IMG/VR virus record: IMGVR_UViG_3300028840_008160
Coordinates: 265,801 to 329,800 of that record
Strand: one strand, 5' to 3'
DNA length: 64,000 nucleotides
In this document: in pieces, positions 10,711-20,492 of the stretch
How positions within the stretch are numbered: position 1 is the stretch's first letter
Layout: the number at the start of each line of letters is the position of its first letter
Position numbers and translations under genes: made by a program
Notes under the pieces: model-generated
What the model saw: the letters and a program-made list of their open reading frames with translations, nothing else
Told to the model about the DNA's origin: nothing
The model's database searches: none

Positions 10711-11630
10711 AATATAGCTTCTATTGCAGATTGTATGTAATTTAATTGAATATGATTACAATCTTCAGTAGGATGCTCTAGTGAAAAAAATGGTGCTTCA
10801 ATATCAAGCGGTTTTGTAAAGTTTGATCCGTATGAATATAGTACAACTGCAGGCTTACCTAAAGCAAATGCTAGATGAGAAAAATAACTATCTACTGTAA
10901 TTACAGCATCAGCCATATCAACAATAGCACTAACATTTCTTAATGTACCACATGCATGAGTACAAGGTAAATTAAATGGATCTGATTGATTAAGATAAAT
11001 GACATTATGATGTTTAATAAGTTCATAAATACTTCTAACTATTTTTTCGTTTAGAGACCGAATAGATACTGATGCTAATGGTGCAAAACAAATATTTTTC
11101 TTTTCATCTGATAAAAATGGTACTACACTAAAACATTCTTCGTCTACTACTTTGTATAAATATTTCCAGCTTGATGGATTAATGCCCATCATTGCAGCAA
11201 AGATTTTTGATGTAGGGCCGTCAATTAGTTTGCTGTATTTTTTACATAATGGTACAATTTCAGGATTGCTTTTACCGCCAGTTTTTTGTAATTGCGCGAA
11301 TTGATTCATAAATTCTACATAAGTGTTGCCAGGGTCGTGATGTGTACCGGTAAATCTATTTTTTGGGCCGATAATACCTCGCCAAATACATTCATCTTTT
11401 GTTGTTTCTGGTCGAATGTCTGTAAAATTGAGAACTACATCGTAGTGTTTGTGGAAGTTCATAGGTAGAACTTGAATAAAGCCAACATCAAACACGTTTT
11501 GCAATGGCTCTGGCGAACTAGTAAAGTCAAAGTGACAAGGGCCAATTTCTTCTTCTAATTTTTTAAAAATAGGAGAGAACCGAATACAATCACCAAGACC
11601 AAAATACGATAAAACGCAGACTTTTTTCAT
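10707..11630 (-). CDS. glycosyltransferase family 9 (heptosyltransferase-like)
   Basis: GLGDCIRFSP N-terminal motif; VITVDSYFSHLAFALGKPAVVL C-terminal motif; start at MKKVC assumed. Confidence 0.8.
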   Translation of the reverse strand: MKKVCVLSYFGLGDCIRFSPIFKKLEEEIGPCHFDFTSSPEPLQNVFDVGFIQVLPMNFHKHYDVVLNFTDIRPETTKDECIWRGIIGPKNRFTGTHHDPGNTYVEFMNQFAQLQKTGGKSNPEIVPLCKKYSKLIDGPTSKIFAAMMGINPSSWKYLYKVVDEECFSVVPFLSDEKKNICFAPLASVSIRSLNEKIVRSIYELIKHHNVIYLNQSDPFNLPCTHACGTLRNVSAIVDMADAVITVDSYFSHLAFALGKPAVVLYSYGSNFTKPLDIEAPFFSLEHPTEDCNHIQLNYIQSAIEAIL

Positions 11631-11653
11631 GACTATGCCTTTCGTCATGACTA
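11630..11653 (+). promoter_or_regulatory. TGACTA-box promoter candidate
   Basis: TGACTATG-CCTTTCGTCA-TGACTA. Confidence 0.5.
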
Positions 11654-11685
11654 TTTTTGTATATTCTCAGCATAGGATTTACAAG

Positions 11686-11910
11686 ATGATCTCAATTGAT
11701 AATGGACAAATCTGGAAAAATAATGAACATTTTGCAAAAGTCGAGATGAAATTAGCACCTAACTCTAGACATTTTCTTTTTCGAGTTGTCGTGTTTACGC
11801 ATCGATTAGATTTTGTTAAAGTAACAACATGGGTGAAGAAACAGATGTTAGAGCGATATTTGAAAAACGAAGATTATGAAGAAACTAACTATAAATTTGA
11901 TATGCATTGA
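11686..11910 (+). CDS. hypothetical protein
   Basis: SD AGGA before ATG 11686, in frame with track ORF. Confidence 0.55.
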   Translation: MISIDNGQIWKNNEHFAKVEMKLAPNSRHFLFRVVVFTHRLDFVKVTTWVKKQMLERYLKNEDYEETNYKFDMH

Positions 11911-12164
11911 AAAGCAAATTGATTACTACATAAAGGTTCAAAATGAGATTACTAAAGTTATCAAAGATATTTAGAGACAGATATAACTTAGCAAAAGTGT
12001 TCGGCATCTCTGTACAATTACATTATACTTTTGTTATGTTTTTACTGACAAACAATGGAAATGATGATGGCAATTCCTAAATTAGTTAAAAACATAAAAC
12101 CAAGAGAACGAGATGAAGCTATTATTTGGATTGATGGTCAACCTCAACGATGCAAGGTGCAAAA

Positions 12165-12374
12165 ATGCCAGCAGTCAAATGTTTAAGTTGTGGACGGATA
12201 ACAAATACGGCTGTTGCTGATTGGTTAGATTGCAAACAAAATTATCAAGATAATAAAACATCTCCAGAATTTGCAGACCGATGTTTTGCTGCTGTTGATA
12301 GCAAAAATAATGTATGGGTAAAAGGTTGTGCTTATGATGACGACGATAATTATAAAATGTCATTTGTGAATTAG
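12165..12374 (+). CDS. Cys-rich hypothetical protein (frame stays open 29 codons past its TAG)
   Basis: CLSCG...CFAA...GCAY; TAG 12372-12374 followed by ILGSSTLPKTREQMLQELEELTKNE. Confidence 0.55.
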   Translation: MPAVKCLSCGRITNTAVADWLDCKQNYQDNKTSPEFADRCFAAVDSKNNVWVKGCAYDDDDNYKMSFVN

Positions 12375-12444
12375 ATTTTAGGTAGTTCGACGTTGCCAAA
12401 AACGCGGGAACAAATGCTGCAAGAATTGGAAGAGTTAACAAAAA

Positions 12445-12828
12445 ATGAGAAAAAAGTTAAGTAGCTTTGTTGAGACATGCCGTCTAACTAAAGAAAATTG
12501 TAAAATTCCAGATTACAAGTTCATCAGCTCGAAAGATGATGGCAACAATGGTTTATTTATGTTTTCTTTGACTGATAAGAAGTCGGGTCAAAAACGATAT
12601 TTAAGATGTTTGGTTTGTGACGAGGGTGATTGGGATCATGTATCAATATCAGAAGAAACTAGTATGCCAACATGGGAAGAAATATTATTAGTTAAAAGAA
12701 TGTTTTTTGATGAGTCTGAAATTGTATTTCAGTTATATTCATCAGATTTTAAATATGACAACAATGTAATTCATTTGTGGAGGTCTCATAAACTCGATAT
12801 TCCTGTACCACCGAAGGATTATATATGA
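12445..12828 (+). CDS. conserved phage protein (WxHVS...PTWEE family)
   Basis: WDHVSIS...PTWEEILLVKRMFF...VIHLWR. Confidence 0.7.
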   Translation: MRKKLSSFVETCRLTKENCKIPDYKFISSKDDGNNGLFMFSLTDKKSGQKRYLRCLVCDEGDWDHVSISEETSMPTWEEILLVKRMFFDESEIVFQLYSSDFKYDNNVIHLWRSHKLDIPVPPKDYI

Positions 12829-13106
12829 ATGGGTTCAAAGTTAAATTAGTCGACGATCAACTTATTGTGGAACCAATGAATGAGCCAAATGATATTAATT
12901 GGGATAAGATCATTTGTTACGACGATATTGTACTGATTTATATTGAAGCTATAAATGTTAGTACTGCAAAACGTAAAGCTATGGAAAAAATCAGTAAATT
13001 TCTTCCATTGTTGGATAGATGTCAAGTTATGTTAGAAACAAAACCATTGGTTGGTGTAAAGATTGACGAATGTAAGAAACAACTTTTAAGAAAGGAAAAA
13101 CAGTAA
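12825..13106 (+). CDS. hypothetical protein
   Basis: ATGA-coupled 93 aa ORF. Confidence 0.6.
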   Translation: MNGFKVKLVDDQLIVEPMNEPNDINWDKIICYDDIVLIYIEAINVSTAKRKAMEKISKFLPLLDRCQVMLETKPLVGVKIDECKKQLLRKEKQ

Positions 13107-13297
13107 TGGATGCTTATCGGCGTGAACTTACGAAACATCGCACGCATGTAGCCGAAGACAAAAAGAAGAAGCAGGAAAAGATTGCACGAATTCGTGAGAC
13201 TTTACTCACGCACAAAGAAAAAAATGGAGATGTTCCATGTACACATGTTCATGGATATGCTCTCGATGAAGTTAACAATATCGTAAAGGTTGTTTAA
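13106..13297 (+). CDS. hypothetical protein
   Basis: TAATG-coupled 63 aa ORF. Confidence 0.55.
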   Translation: MDAYRRELTKHRTHVAEDKKKKQEKIARIRETLLTHKEKNGDVPCTHVHGYALDEVNNIVKVV

Positions 13298-13690
13298 ATG
13301 AGTTTGCCAGAAGTTATCAAAGGCAAAATGGTAATGGAAGTTAGTCCTCAGATACAAATTATTCTATTTCCAGATTATGAGGGTCAGCCGAAAATCGACG
13401 TTGTTCAGGTTGATTTTACTCAGCTTGAAGGTAAAAAGACATCGTTGTTTATGACACCATGCGAAGCATTAGAATTGTTATCGGCTCTTGCCACAGCTGT
13501 ACAATTTTATCTTTACAATCAAGAACAATACCGTAAAGAAATTCTTGAACCAAGAGAAGCGATAGTTGATTCAAGAATTATGTGTCGACGTATCAAATCA
13601 GAATGTCATCACAAAGATTTAAGTGCAAAGTATGAGTGCGAGAAAGAAGATCGCGAATGTGCTTTACGAAATAGTGTTGTAGAAGATTAA
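13298..13690 (+). CDS. hypothetical protein
   Basis: 130 aa ORF abutting previous stop. Confidence 0.6.
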   Translation: MSLPEVIKGKMVMEVSPQIQIILFPDYEGQPKIDVVQVDFTQLEGKKTSLFMTPCEALELLSALATAVQFYLYNQEQYRKEILEPREAIVDSRIMCRRIKSECHHKDLSAKYECEKEDRECALRNSVVED

Positions 13691-14031
13691 GTAGAAAATT
13701 CAACTTTAGTAGGATTATCTTGCAAATTTGATACAGAATCTTCTGATACAACGTATGCATCGTAATTAGTACTTTCTGCTAAATTGATTGCTGCACTATA
13801 AGCTTCAAAATTAGCCACTTGAATTGCTGCACCAGATAAACCAAATGCAACCGGTGTTCCGGTACTATCTTGACCATTTTTTACTTGCTGTGAAGTTGGA
13901 GCTGTGGCACTTCTGTCAACAATAACAAAAAATGTACAGCCGTTTTCGTTCGTTTGCGATGTAATGTCGACAGTTGTCGGTGTTCTATTTACAATTGACG
14001 GATATCCTGATTCATTTATTGGTTTTGTCAT
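13687..14031 (-). CDS. stand-alone FN3-like domain, paralog of the repeats in 7812..9620
   Basis: PINESGYP...TNENG...APTSQQVKNGQDSTGTPVA...YDAYVVSED...LQDNPTKVEFST aligns with both repeats; SD AAGGAG. Confidence 0.8.
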   Translation of the reverse strand: MTKPINESGYPSIVNRTPTTVDITSQTNENGCTFFVIVDRSATAPTSQQVKNGQDSTGTPVAFGLSGAAIQVANFEAYSAAINLAESTNYDAYVVSEDSVSNLQDNPTKVEFST

Positions 14032-14041
14032 CGATTACTCC

Positions 14042-14371
14042 TTAAAAAGCATTGTCTATATTTTCTAAAAAGTCTTGTTCGTGTGGATATATATTTAAAA
14101 TGTGTTGCATTCCTGTTAGATGAAAAGTGTCCATTATATCTTTATTTAACCCATATATGCATAAATTTACTTTTGTACTGTATTCTACTAACAATCCTAA
14201 TGCAGAACTGTCAATTGTATTTACACCAGTTAGATCTAGTACGATATTTGATCTGCCTTGTTTTATAATGGCTTGTAGTCTATCAGCAATGTTGTTAACT
14301 TCGCCATTAGTTATTGAACCTTGAATTGTCAGAACTAGATACATCTCATTTGACGATTCTTGAATCTGCAT
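14042..14371 (-). CDS. STAS-domain anti-sigma factor antagonist (RsbV/SpoIIAA-like)
   Basis: IVLDLTGVNTIDSSALGLLV...FHLTGM; SD AGGAGG before ATG 14371. Confidence 0.85.
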   Translation of the reverse strand: MQIQESSNEMYLVLTIQGSITNGEVNNIADRLQAIIKQGRSNIVLDLTGVNTIDSSALGLLVEYSTKVNLCIYGLNKDIMDTFHLTGMQHILNIYPHEQDFLENIDNAF

Positions 14372-14453
14372 ATTAAGCCTCCTATGGCCTTTTCTATAAT
14401 TAGCATCTTTATAAAACAACTTATTACAAGTAAAAAGAACTTAACCCATTCAT

Positions 14454-14483
14454 TTGACAGATGAACAAGGGTTCATGTAAAAT
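14454..14483 (+). promoter_or_regulatory. sigma70-like promoter candidate
   Basis: TTGACA-N18-TAAAAT upstream of ATG 14504; spacer contains ATGAAC-AAGG-GTTCAT inverted repeat. Confidence 0.45.
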
Positions 14484-14503
14484 CAATGAAAGGCATAGAT
14501 AAC

Positions 14504-14665
14504 ATGAGACATCTGGCTCAAATTCAAGAAGAGTTTCTGCGTATTGCTCAGGAAAATACTGTTGACGACACTGTTAGAGACCCACAGAGAGTCCACACCA
14601 TACAAACAGTTAATGACAAGACAACGGGTCATCCTATCGAACCTGCCCGAGCTGACCGAAAATAA
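14504..14665 (+). CDS. leader-family mini-protein, 53 aa (not in ORF track)
   Basis: MRHLAQIQEEFLRIA-QENTVDDTVRDPQRVHTIQTVNDKTTGHPIEPARADRK. Confidence 0.75.
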   Translation: MRHLAQIQEEFLRIAQENTVDDTVRDPQRVHTIQTVNDKTTGHPIEPARADRK

Positions 14666-14680
14666 CTACAGTTGACAGAC

Positions 14681-14704
14681 TTTCTTTGTCTTCATGAGTG
14701 ACTA
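14681..14704 (+). promoter_or_regulatory. TGACTA-box promoter candidate
   Basis: TTTCTTTG-TCTTCATGAG-TGACTA, ATG 7 nt downstream (14712). Confidence 0.65.
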
Positions 14705-14711
14705 TAAACTT

Positions 14712-14900
14712 ATGATGTGGTAGACTAGAGACGGAAGAGTAATGAATATCAAAGACATGGATGCGCAGCATTTGCATAATGTAATTGCTATGTTAGAGCG
14801 AGAAAAACGTCAACCAGATGTTATTGAAGAATTACGCAAAGAATTAGATAGTAGGCAATCTCAAGTGAACAAATTTTCGTTTATTTTAGATCACAATTAA
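14712..14900 (+). pseudogene. small conserved phage protein (WxTRDG...DM...HL.N.I.ML) with TAG at codon 4
   Basis: MMW*TRDGRVMNIKDMDAQHLHNVIAMLER; TAG 14721-14723 lies inside the motif. Confidence 0.6.
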
Positions 14901-14919
14901 CTTTTCATGGAGGTGTCGT

Positions 14920-15462
14920 ATGAAGTGGATAGTGCCAAGTGTCATTATGGGTGTTGTCGTTGTCGGAATTGTGATTGTCGTTTTTATGAAGATTGGTTAC
15001 ACGAATCAAGCAATTGACTATGAAACACAGTACGAAGCGCAGACAGATGCGAACAAAGCTATTTATGATGAAGTCTGGAAAGTACTTCAACAGAAAGCTG
15101 GAGTTGTAAGTCAGTACGCTGATGATTTTAAAAGCGTGTATCAACCTCTTATGGAAGCCAGATATGAGGGTGATGCTAAAGGTGCCCCAATGTTCAAATG
15201 GATTCAGGAACGAAATCCTACGTTTTCAATTGATTTATACAATTCGTTGTCTGATGCAATTTCTGCACAACGCGCTAAGTTTACTCGAGTTCAACTCAAA
15301 TTGAGAGATATCAAGCGTGAACACGATAAATTACGGCTGTCAATTCCGTCATCATGGTTTGTTGGTGGTCGTGATGAATTAGAGGTAGTGCTTGTAACAT
15401 CTGCTAAGACCGAACAGACATTCGAAACTGGCCAAGAAAATGATGTAGAACTTTTTAAATAA
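14920..15462 (+). CDS. single-TM protein with helical domain (LemA-like)
   Basis: N-terminal TM then amphipathic helices; SD GGAGG. Confidence 0.55.
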   Translation: MKWIVPSVIMGVVVVGIVIVVFMKIGYTNQAIDYETQYEAQTDANKAIYDEVWKVLQQKAGVVSQYADDFKSVYQPLMEARYEGDAKGAPMFKWIQERNPTFSIDLYNSLSDAISAQRAKFTRVQLKLRDIKREHDKLRLSIPSSWFVGGRDELEVVLVTSAKTEQTFETGQENDVELFK

Positions 15463-15471
15463 GGGGCAATT

Positions 15472-16671
15472 GTGAATGGGTTAATGTATGGTTGTTTATT
15501 AGTTCCATTAATAGCTATCATTTTTTTGGCTATCAAATTCAAGGCTAGAATGGCTATTTGGGAATATGTGATCCTTTTCGTAGTGCCGTTGATTACAATC
15601 ATCATTGGTAAGGTTATTTCTATTCATTCGCAGACAGTTGATACGGAATATTGGAACACATATGGCATTAAAGCAATCTATTATGAGGCATGGAATGAAT
15701 GGATAACAAAAACATGCGAAGATTGTACTGAGACATGTACTGGTTCAGGCGAAGATCGGACTTGTACGGAGACATGTGTAGAATATGACTGTTCATATTG
15801 CGACAATAATTCAGCATATTGGGAATTGATAGATAATACTGGTACATCTTTTGGTATTCCGTCATATGAATTTGAACGCATAACAGCACTTTGGGGAAAC
15901 GTAAAACGTGTTGATAGAGGCAAAAGATGTGAATGTGAATGTTTTGGTAATGGTGATCAATTAGACGGCGATCAATATATTACAGTAATGAGCAATGCAA
16001 ATGATATTGATATGACAGTGCCGATATGCAAACAACATACATATGAAAATAAAGTTCAATGTTCTAAATCTGTATTTAACTTTCAAGAGATTGATAGTAC
16101 GACAATAGCTGATTATAAACTATATTGTTATCCTCATTATGAGAGCATGGGCATTCTTCATTATAATCCTCTTATAGGTACAAAAGATGGAAAAGCCGCT
16201 GATAGATTAAACAAGCATAATGCTCGACTAGGCTCTTTTAAACAAGTTCATATGATGATTGTCGTATTTCATAATCAACCATATGATGCAGCACTTCTAC
16301 AAGAGGCATATTGGAAAAAAGGCAATAAGAATGAATTCATTTTATGTATTGGACTTTCTGGTAATAAAATTGTATGGACTTATGTTATATCATGGACTGA
16401 TGAAGAAGAGCTGAAGATTAGAGTAGCTAGAAAAGTAAAAGAAATGGATTATGATCTTATAGCTATAGCTGACTACATGGCTGATGAAGTAAAGAAAAAT
16501 TATGTAAGAAAGCAATTTGTTGATTTTAGTTATATTTCAGTTGAGCCAACATTGAAAGCTGTTTTAATAACTTTCTTTGTGACATTGATCGTTACTATTG
16601 CAATCTCAATTTTTGCAATAGCAAATGATTTCAATTTTGGTGATATGACTAAAGGCCGTCGTAGGTGGTGA
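15472..16671 (+). CDS. membrane protein, two N-terminal TMs, Cys-rich insert, C-terminal TM
   Basis: hydrophobic segments plus CEDCTETC...CTETCVEYDCSYC. Confidence 0.65.
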   Translation: MNGLMYGCLLVPLIAIIFLAIKFKARMAIWEYVILFVVPLITIIIGKVISIHSQTVDTEYWNTYGIKAIYYEAWNEWITKTCEDCTETCTGSGEDRTCTETCVEYDCSYCDNNSAYWELIDNTGTSFGIPSYEFERITALWGNVKRVDRGKRCECECFGNGDQLDGDQYITVMSNANDIDMTVPICKQHTYENKVQCSKSVFNFQEIDSTTIADYKLYCYPHYESMGILHYNPLIGTKDGKAADRLNKHNARLGSFKQVHMMIVVFHNQPYDAALLQEAYWKKGNKNEFILCIGLSGNKIVWTYVISWTDEEELKIRVARKVKEMDYDLIAIADYMADEVKKNYVRKQFVDFSYISVEPTLKAVLITFFVTLIVTIAISIFAIANDFNFGDMTKGRRRW

Positions 16672-16789
16672 TTCAGTGCGCATAGTTAAGCTATAGCACG
16701 AGTTATTAATCATCTTTTGACAAATCACTAAAAGACAGGAGGCTCAATATAATTGCATACTATATAAGGCTAAAACTAAGGAGTTAAAC

Positions 16790-17002
16790 GTGAGACTTGA
16801 AGTAGATTTTCCTGACGAATTACTGGCACAAGTACCAGATGAAACAGATGAGCGAATCGTCGCATTAGCTATAAGAGACACTGTGACTAGACTTGTTAAA
16901 GATAATAAAGAAACAGTGCCAGATTTGTTACGTCAAAATATCAGTGAAAACGAACAATGGTTGAAAGATATAGTTAATGAAGTAAAAAGCAAAAACGATT
17001 AA
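16790..17002 (+). CDS. hypothetical protein
   Basis: SD AAGGAG, GTG start. Confidence 0.6.
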   Translation: MRLEVDFPDELLAQVPDETDERIVALAIRDTVTRLVKDNKETVPDLLRQNISENEQWLKDIVNEVKSKND

Positions 17003-17027
17003 CGTCTGACATAATTACTTATTTGAT

Positions 17028-17060
17028 AAAGTAACTACTATTAAGTGGTTACTTTTCTTT
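17028..17060 (+). terminator. intrinsic terminator
   Basis: AAAGTAACTACT-ATTA-AGTGGTTACTTT (one G:U) then TCTTT. Confidence 0.7.
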
Positions 17061-17082
17061 TGTCTTCATTTTTAGGTCGAAT

Positions 17083-18063
17083 ATGATTGATTTTTTTAAA
17101 CGACTAATTCAATATTTGCGAAATTTATTTTTGGCAAAACAAGCATTTTGGCCAGAGAGTACGTTTGACATTCTTAACAAGGAGAGTACCGTGAGATGTC
17201 CAAAACTGGGTTGGATGCGTGATCTTCCAGATATTAGAGACTATAGTGTTGATACGCCAAAAGTACAAGAAACGTTAAAGATGTATCCTCAATATGGTTC
17301 AACAATACCAGACACTGTTGATTTAAGACAATGGTGCTCTCCTATAGAAGATCAACAAGCTTTAGGTTCTTGCACAGCCAATGCTGCAGTTGGCGCAGTC
17401 GAGTTGTTACAAAGGGCATATTATGGTAATCATATTGATATGTCTAGATTATTTGTTTACAAAACTACAAGAAATCTTATGCAAAGAACAGGTGATACTG
17501 GTGCTACTATTCGTGGAACAATGAAAGCTCTTGCAATGTTTGGTTCGCCACCGGAGCAATATTGGGATTATGATATTCAAGATTTTGATCTTGAACCATC
17601 ACAATTTGCTTATGCAATGGGTCAAAACTACAAGGCAATTAGTTATTACAGATTAGATCCACAAATAAAAACCACAGAAGCTATGAGTCAAACAGTTCAG
17701 CGTATTCAACAACAACTAGCTTGGGGTATTCCTTGTGTGTTTGGTTTCATAGTTTTTTACTCAGTTCCAAGACCTGGTGATGGGAAAATTGATATTCCAA
17801 TGCCAACGCCCGGTGATTATCCAATGGGAGGTCATGCTGTACTAGCTGTTGGTTATGATAATAACCGTATGATGCCAACGACTACTCCTGGCAAATCTGT
17901 GAAAGGTGCGTTTCTTATTCGTAATTCGTGGGGAACTTCATGGGGTGATGGTGGATATGGCTGGTTGCCCTATTCATTTGTAAGGTCTGGTCTTGCAGTT
18001 GATTGGTGGGCACTTGCATATACTGATCATATTGATCTTTCACAATTTGACACCAGGAGATAA
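17083..18063 (+). CDS. papain-like cysteine peptidase (C1A)
   Basis: DLRQWCSPIEDQQALGSCTANA, GGHAVLAVGYD, IRNSWG: Q-C-H-N catalytic set intact. Confidence 0.9.
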   Translation: MIDFFKRLIQYLRNLFLAKQAFWPESTFDILNKESTVRCPKLGWMRDLPDIRDYSVDTPKVQETLKMYPQYGSTIPDTVDLRQWCSPIEDQQALGSCTANAAVGAVELLQRAYYGNHIDMSRLFVYKTTRNLMQRTGDTGATIRGTMKALAMFGSPPEQYWDYDIQDFDLEPSQFAYAMGQNYKAISYYRLDPQIKTTEAMSQTVQRIQQQLAWGIPCVFGFIVFYSVPRPGDGKIDIPMPTPGDYPMGGHAVLAVGYDNNRMMPTTTPGKSVKGAFLIRNSWGTSWGDGGYGWLPYSFVRSGLAVDWWALAYTDHIDLSQFDTRR

Positions 18064-18065
18064 TC

Positions 18066-18737
18066 ATGAAAAATGTTGATCAGATAGTTAATAGCATTTT
18101 ACAAAAGAGTGCAGCTGATATTGTTGATGATGTAGTGTCGTCGACACTTTTAAGTGAAGCTGTTGTTGATTTCTTGCGCGAAAATCCTAATCCCACAGAC
18201 GCTGATTTGCATAAGTGGGCAGAAGAAAACAATTATAATATACACGAAGTTGAAACAGAAATTTATAAACTAGCAACTAGTTTTGTTCAAGGGTTAAAAG
18301 AGATCAATAAAGAAGCAGAAACAGAACCAGAAGCAAATCCTGATTTGAAAGGATTTGTAACTAACATTGAAGAAGATACAGTTGATAACGATGATTTTAG
18401 ACGTGTTTTGTACACTGGCAAGAACTCTCAATTAGTACTTATGTCAATAGAACCAGGTGATGATATTGGCGTTGAAGTTCATACTGTCGATCAATTCTTT
18501 CGTGTTGATTCTGGTTCTGCACAAGTGATAATTAATGATGTGCCTCATGATGTAGAAGACGGTTTTGCATTCGTTGTGCCAGCAACAGCAAAACATAATG
18601 TTATTAACATAGGTGATGAACCGTTAAAGTTATATTCAATTTATTCACCGCCACAGCATAAAGATGGTACAGTTCATTCTACTAAAGATGAAGCAATGCA
18701 AGCGGAAGAACATTTTGATGGAGAAACTTCAGAATAA
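18066..18737 (+). CDS. cupin-domain protein with divergent leader-like N-terminal extension
   Basis: C-terminal SQLVLM...IGVEVH.VDQFFRV..G...HNVIN...LKLYSIYSPPQH; N-terminus MKNVDQIVNSILQKSA. Confidence 0.85.
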   Translation: MKNVDQIVNSILQKSAADIVDDVVSSTLLSEAVVDFLRENPNPTDADLHKWAEENNYNIHEVETEIYKLATSFVQGLKEINKEAETEPEANPDLKGFVTNIEEDTVDNDDFRRVLYTGKNSQLVLMSIEPGDDIGVEVHTVDQFFRVDSGSAQVIINDVPHDVEDGFAFVVPATAKHNVINIGDEPLKLYSIYSPPQHKDGTVHSTKDEAMQAEEHFDGETSE

Positions 18738-18750
18738 CTGCTACAATAAT

Positions 18751-18774
18751 CGTCTACGTTACTACAGTTGATTA
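18751..18774 (+). promoter_or_regulatory. TGACTA-box promoter candidate
   Basis: CGTCTACG-TTACTACAGT-TGATTA. Confidence 0.55.
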
Positions 18775-18869
18775 TATCTACAGCTGACTAATTTTGTCTT
18801 GATGTAAAACTCTTGAATGAGTTTTACAACAATATACGGAAAATTATGTATTGAAGACTGGATGTTGCG

Positions 18870-19313
18870 ATGAAAATTGTTAAGTTTTGGTTTTGGTTTC
18901 TCTTAATTTTAGCTTTGTACGCGTCAATTTTTTACAAAGAAATTTATAACGTCGATAATCGATATTTGAATAATCTACATGTAGTATTTTTTGTATATGT
19001 GATGGTAATTAATGTGCTTATGATATTTGCTGCCTTTGGCATATTTACAATGGTAAACGGACATGTGTCTATTGAACCGCAAGACAAACCAAAGATGTTC
19101 AAATTAGTTAAGTCTTCATTTGGTTTGAATTTTGTTTTGAATAGAATTTTTTGGACTGGCATAATAATAGGTCTAGCTATAATAGATGCTTGGTGGTTTT
19201 TTTCATTTTTACTTTTACAAGAATTTGAAGTATGGTACATACGAACAAAGACGAAAGCATTGAGAGAAATGTGTGGATATAAACAGACTAGAGATGAGTC
19301 AGAAGGCAAATGA
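18870..19313 (+). CDS. membrane protein
   Basis: three to four hydrophobic segments. Confidence 0.65.
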   Translation: MKIVKFWFWFLLILALYASIFYKEIYNVDNRYLNNLHVVFFVYVMVINVLMIFAAFGIFTMVNGHVSIEPQDKPKMFKLVKSSFGLNFVLNRIFWTGIIIGLAIIDAWWFFSFLLLQEFEVWYIRTKTKALREMCGYKQTRDESEGK

Positions 19314-20019
19314 TGGCAGAAAACAAAGTGCTTGAAAAGTTGATCGACGCATTTGCTACGATAGAAAAGTATGATATAAGAGTTGCTCGAATAAATATGC
19401 CCTATCGTGCATATGATGAAATTGTAAAAGATCAAATATGTCGATTTGATTCATCTAGTCTTATATCAACACAACAATCAATAGCGTTAGATAATACTAG
19501 GACTGAAGCACGTATTGGTAATTTGTATGGTGCTGAAGTGTTCTTTTCTGACAAATTTGAAGTCTTTGGCGAACAAAATTTTGCGCCAGCAAGGGCAACA
19601 GATGTTATTATAGAAGTAATCGAATAAAATGTCCAGTACCATTGTACTCATTTATTGGCAATCTTACCATTTATGTTAAATCAAGAGCATTTCCAGTTTC
19701 AAATGTCAGTAAAGAAGAATCAATTGCAATAGAGATGTTACGAGAAATGATCACTGAAGCTGAATACCGTAAGTATATTAAAGATGGATTTATTTGTGTA
19801 AAAGGTGTAAGCGGCAAGATTTATCAAGTTTTTAGACATAACAACCATGTAAGAGTTTGGCATAATGGTAAATTAATTGAAGAAATTTGTTCATATATAT
19901 CTGATACAAGCGTGCCACCGACTGACAAAGTTGTCGCATTTAAAACTATTATTGAAACTGATGAAGAAGAATTTCGTTCACTTGGAAACGTTTACAAAAT
20001 GAGAAGCATGGCAGCATAA
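19310..20019 (+). pseudogene. split member of the LREMITE paralog family (ORFs 19310..19627 and 19642..20019)
   Basis: the two ORFs together align with single ORFs 25741..26403 and 36770..37489; the second lacks an SD/ATG; different frames. Confidence 0.55.
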
Positions 20020-20492
20020 TGGGACAAGAATTTTGGATTTTGCCAACAAAAAAAGATAGTAAGCATGTCAGGAAACTTGTAGCTCAAATCGGTTCAACGC
20101 CTAGTGATAAAGGTAATTATCGATACGTTGAAGGACCATCAATTGACAAGTATAAGCTTGATTGTTGGATTCATTGGCGAGGACCAAGACTTGAGATAGG
20201 ATATGCTGCGGGCGCATATTTAGGAGAATGGGCTAAAGCAATTGCGCTTGAAATTTGTAAACGATTTAGACCAAAAAGGGCAGGACATGATGCTATTGGT
20301 TATATAAAAGATCTTGATCAGTTTATAACGACGCGACCATTTGATGTGGAAATGAGATTACGCATGGACGCTATGAAACGATCTAGCGCAAGTGAAGAAT
20401 TGAAAAGAAAATGGGAAAAAGAAATTCAAGACATGAAACAATATCAGAAAATTGTAACAGAAGGTGCTGCTGTCGCATTTAAAGATTTATGA
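20019..20492 (+). CDS. hypothetical protein
   Basis: 157 aa coupled ORF. Confidence 0.65.
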   Translation: MGQEFWILPTKKDSKHVRKLVAQIGSTPSDKGNYRYVEGPSIDKYKLDCWIHWRGPRLEIGYAAGAYLGEWAKAIALEICKRFRPKRAGHDAIGYIKDLDQFITTRPFDVEMRLRMDAMKRSSASEELKRKWEKEIQDMKQYQKIVTEGAAVAFKDL

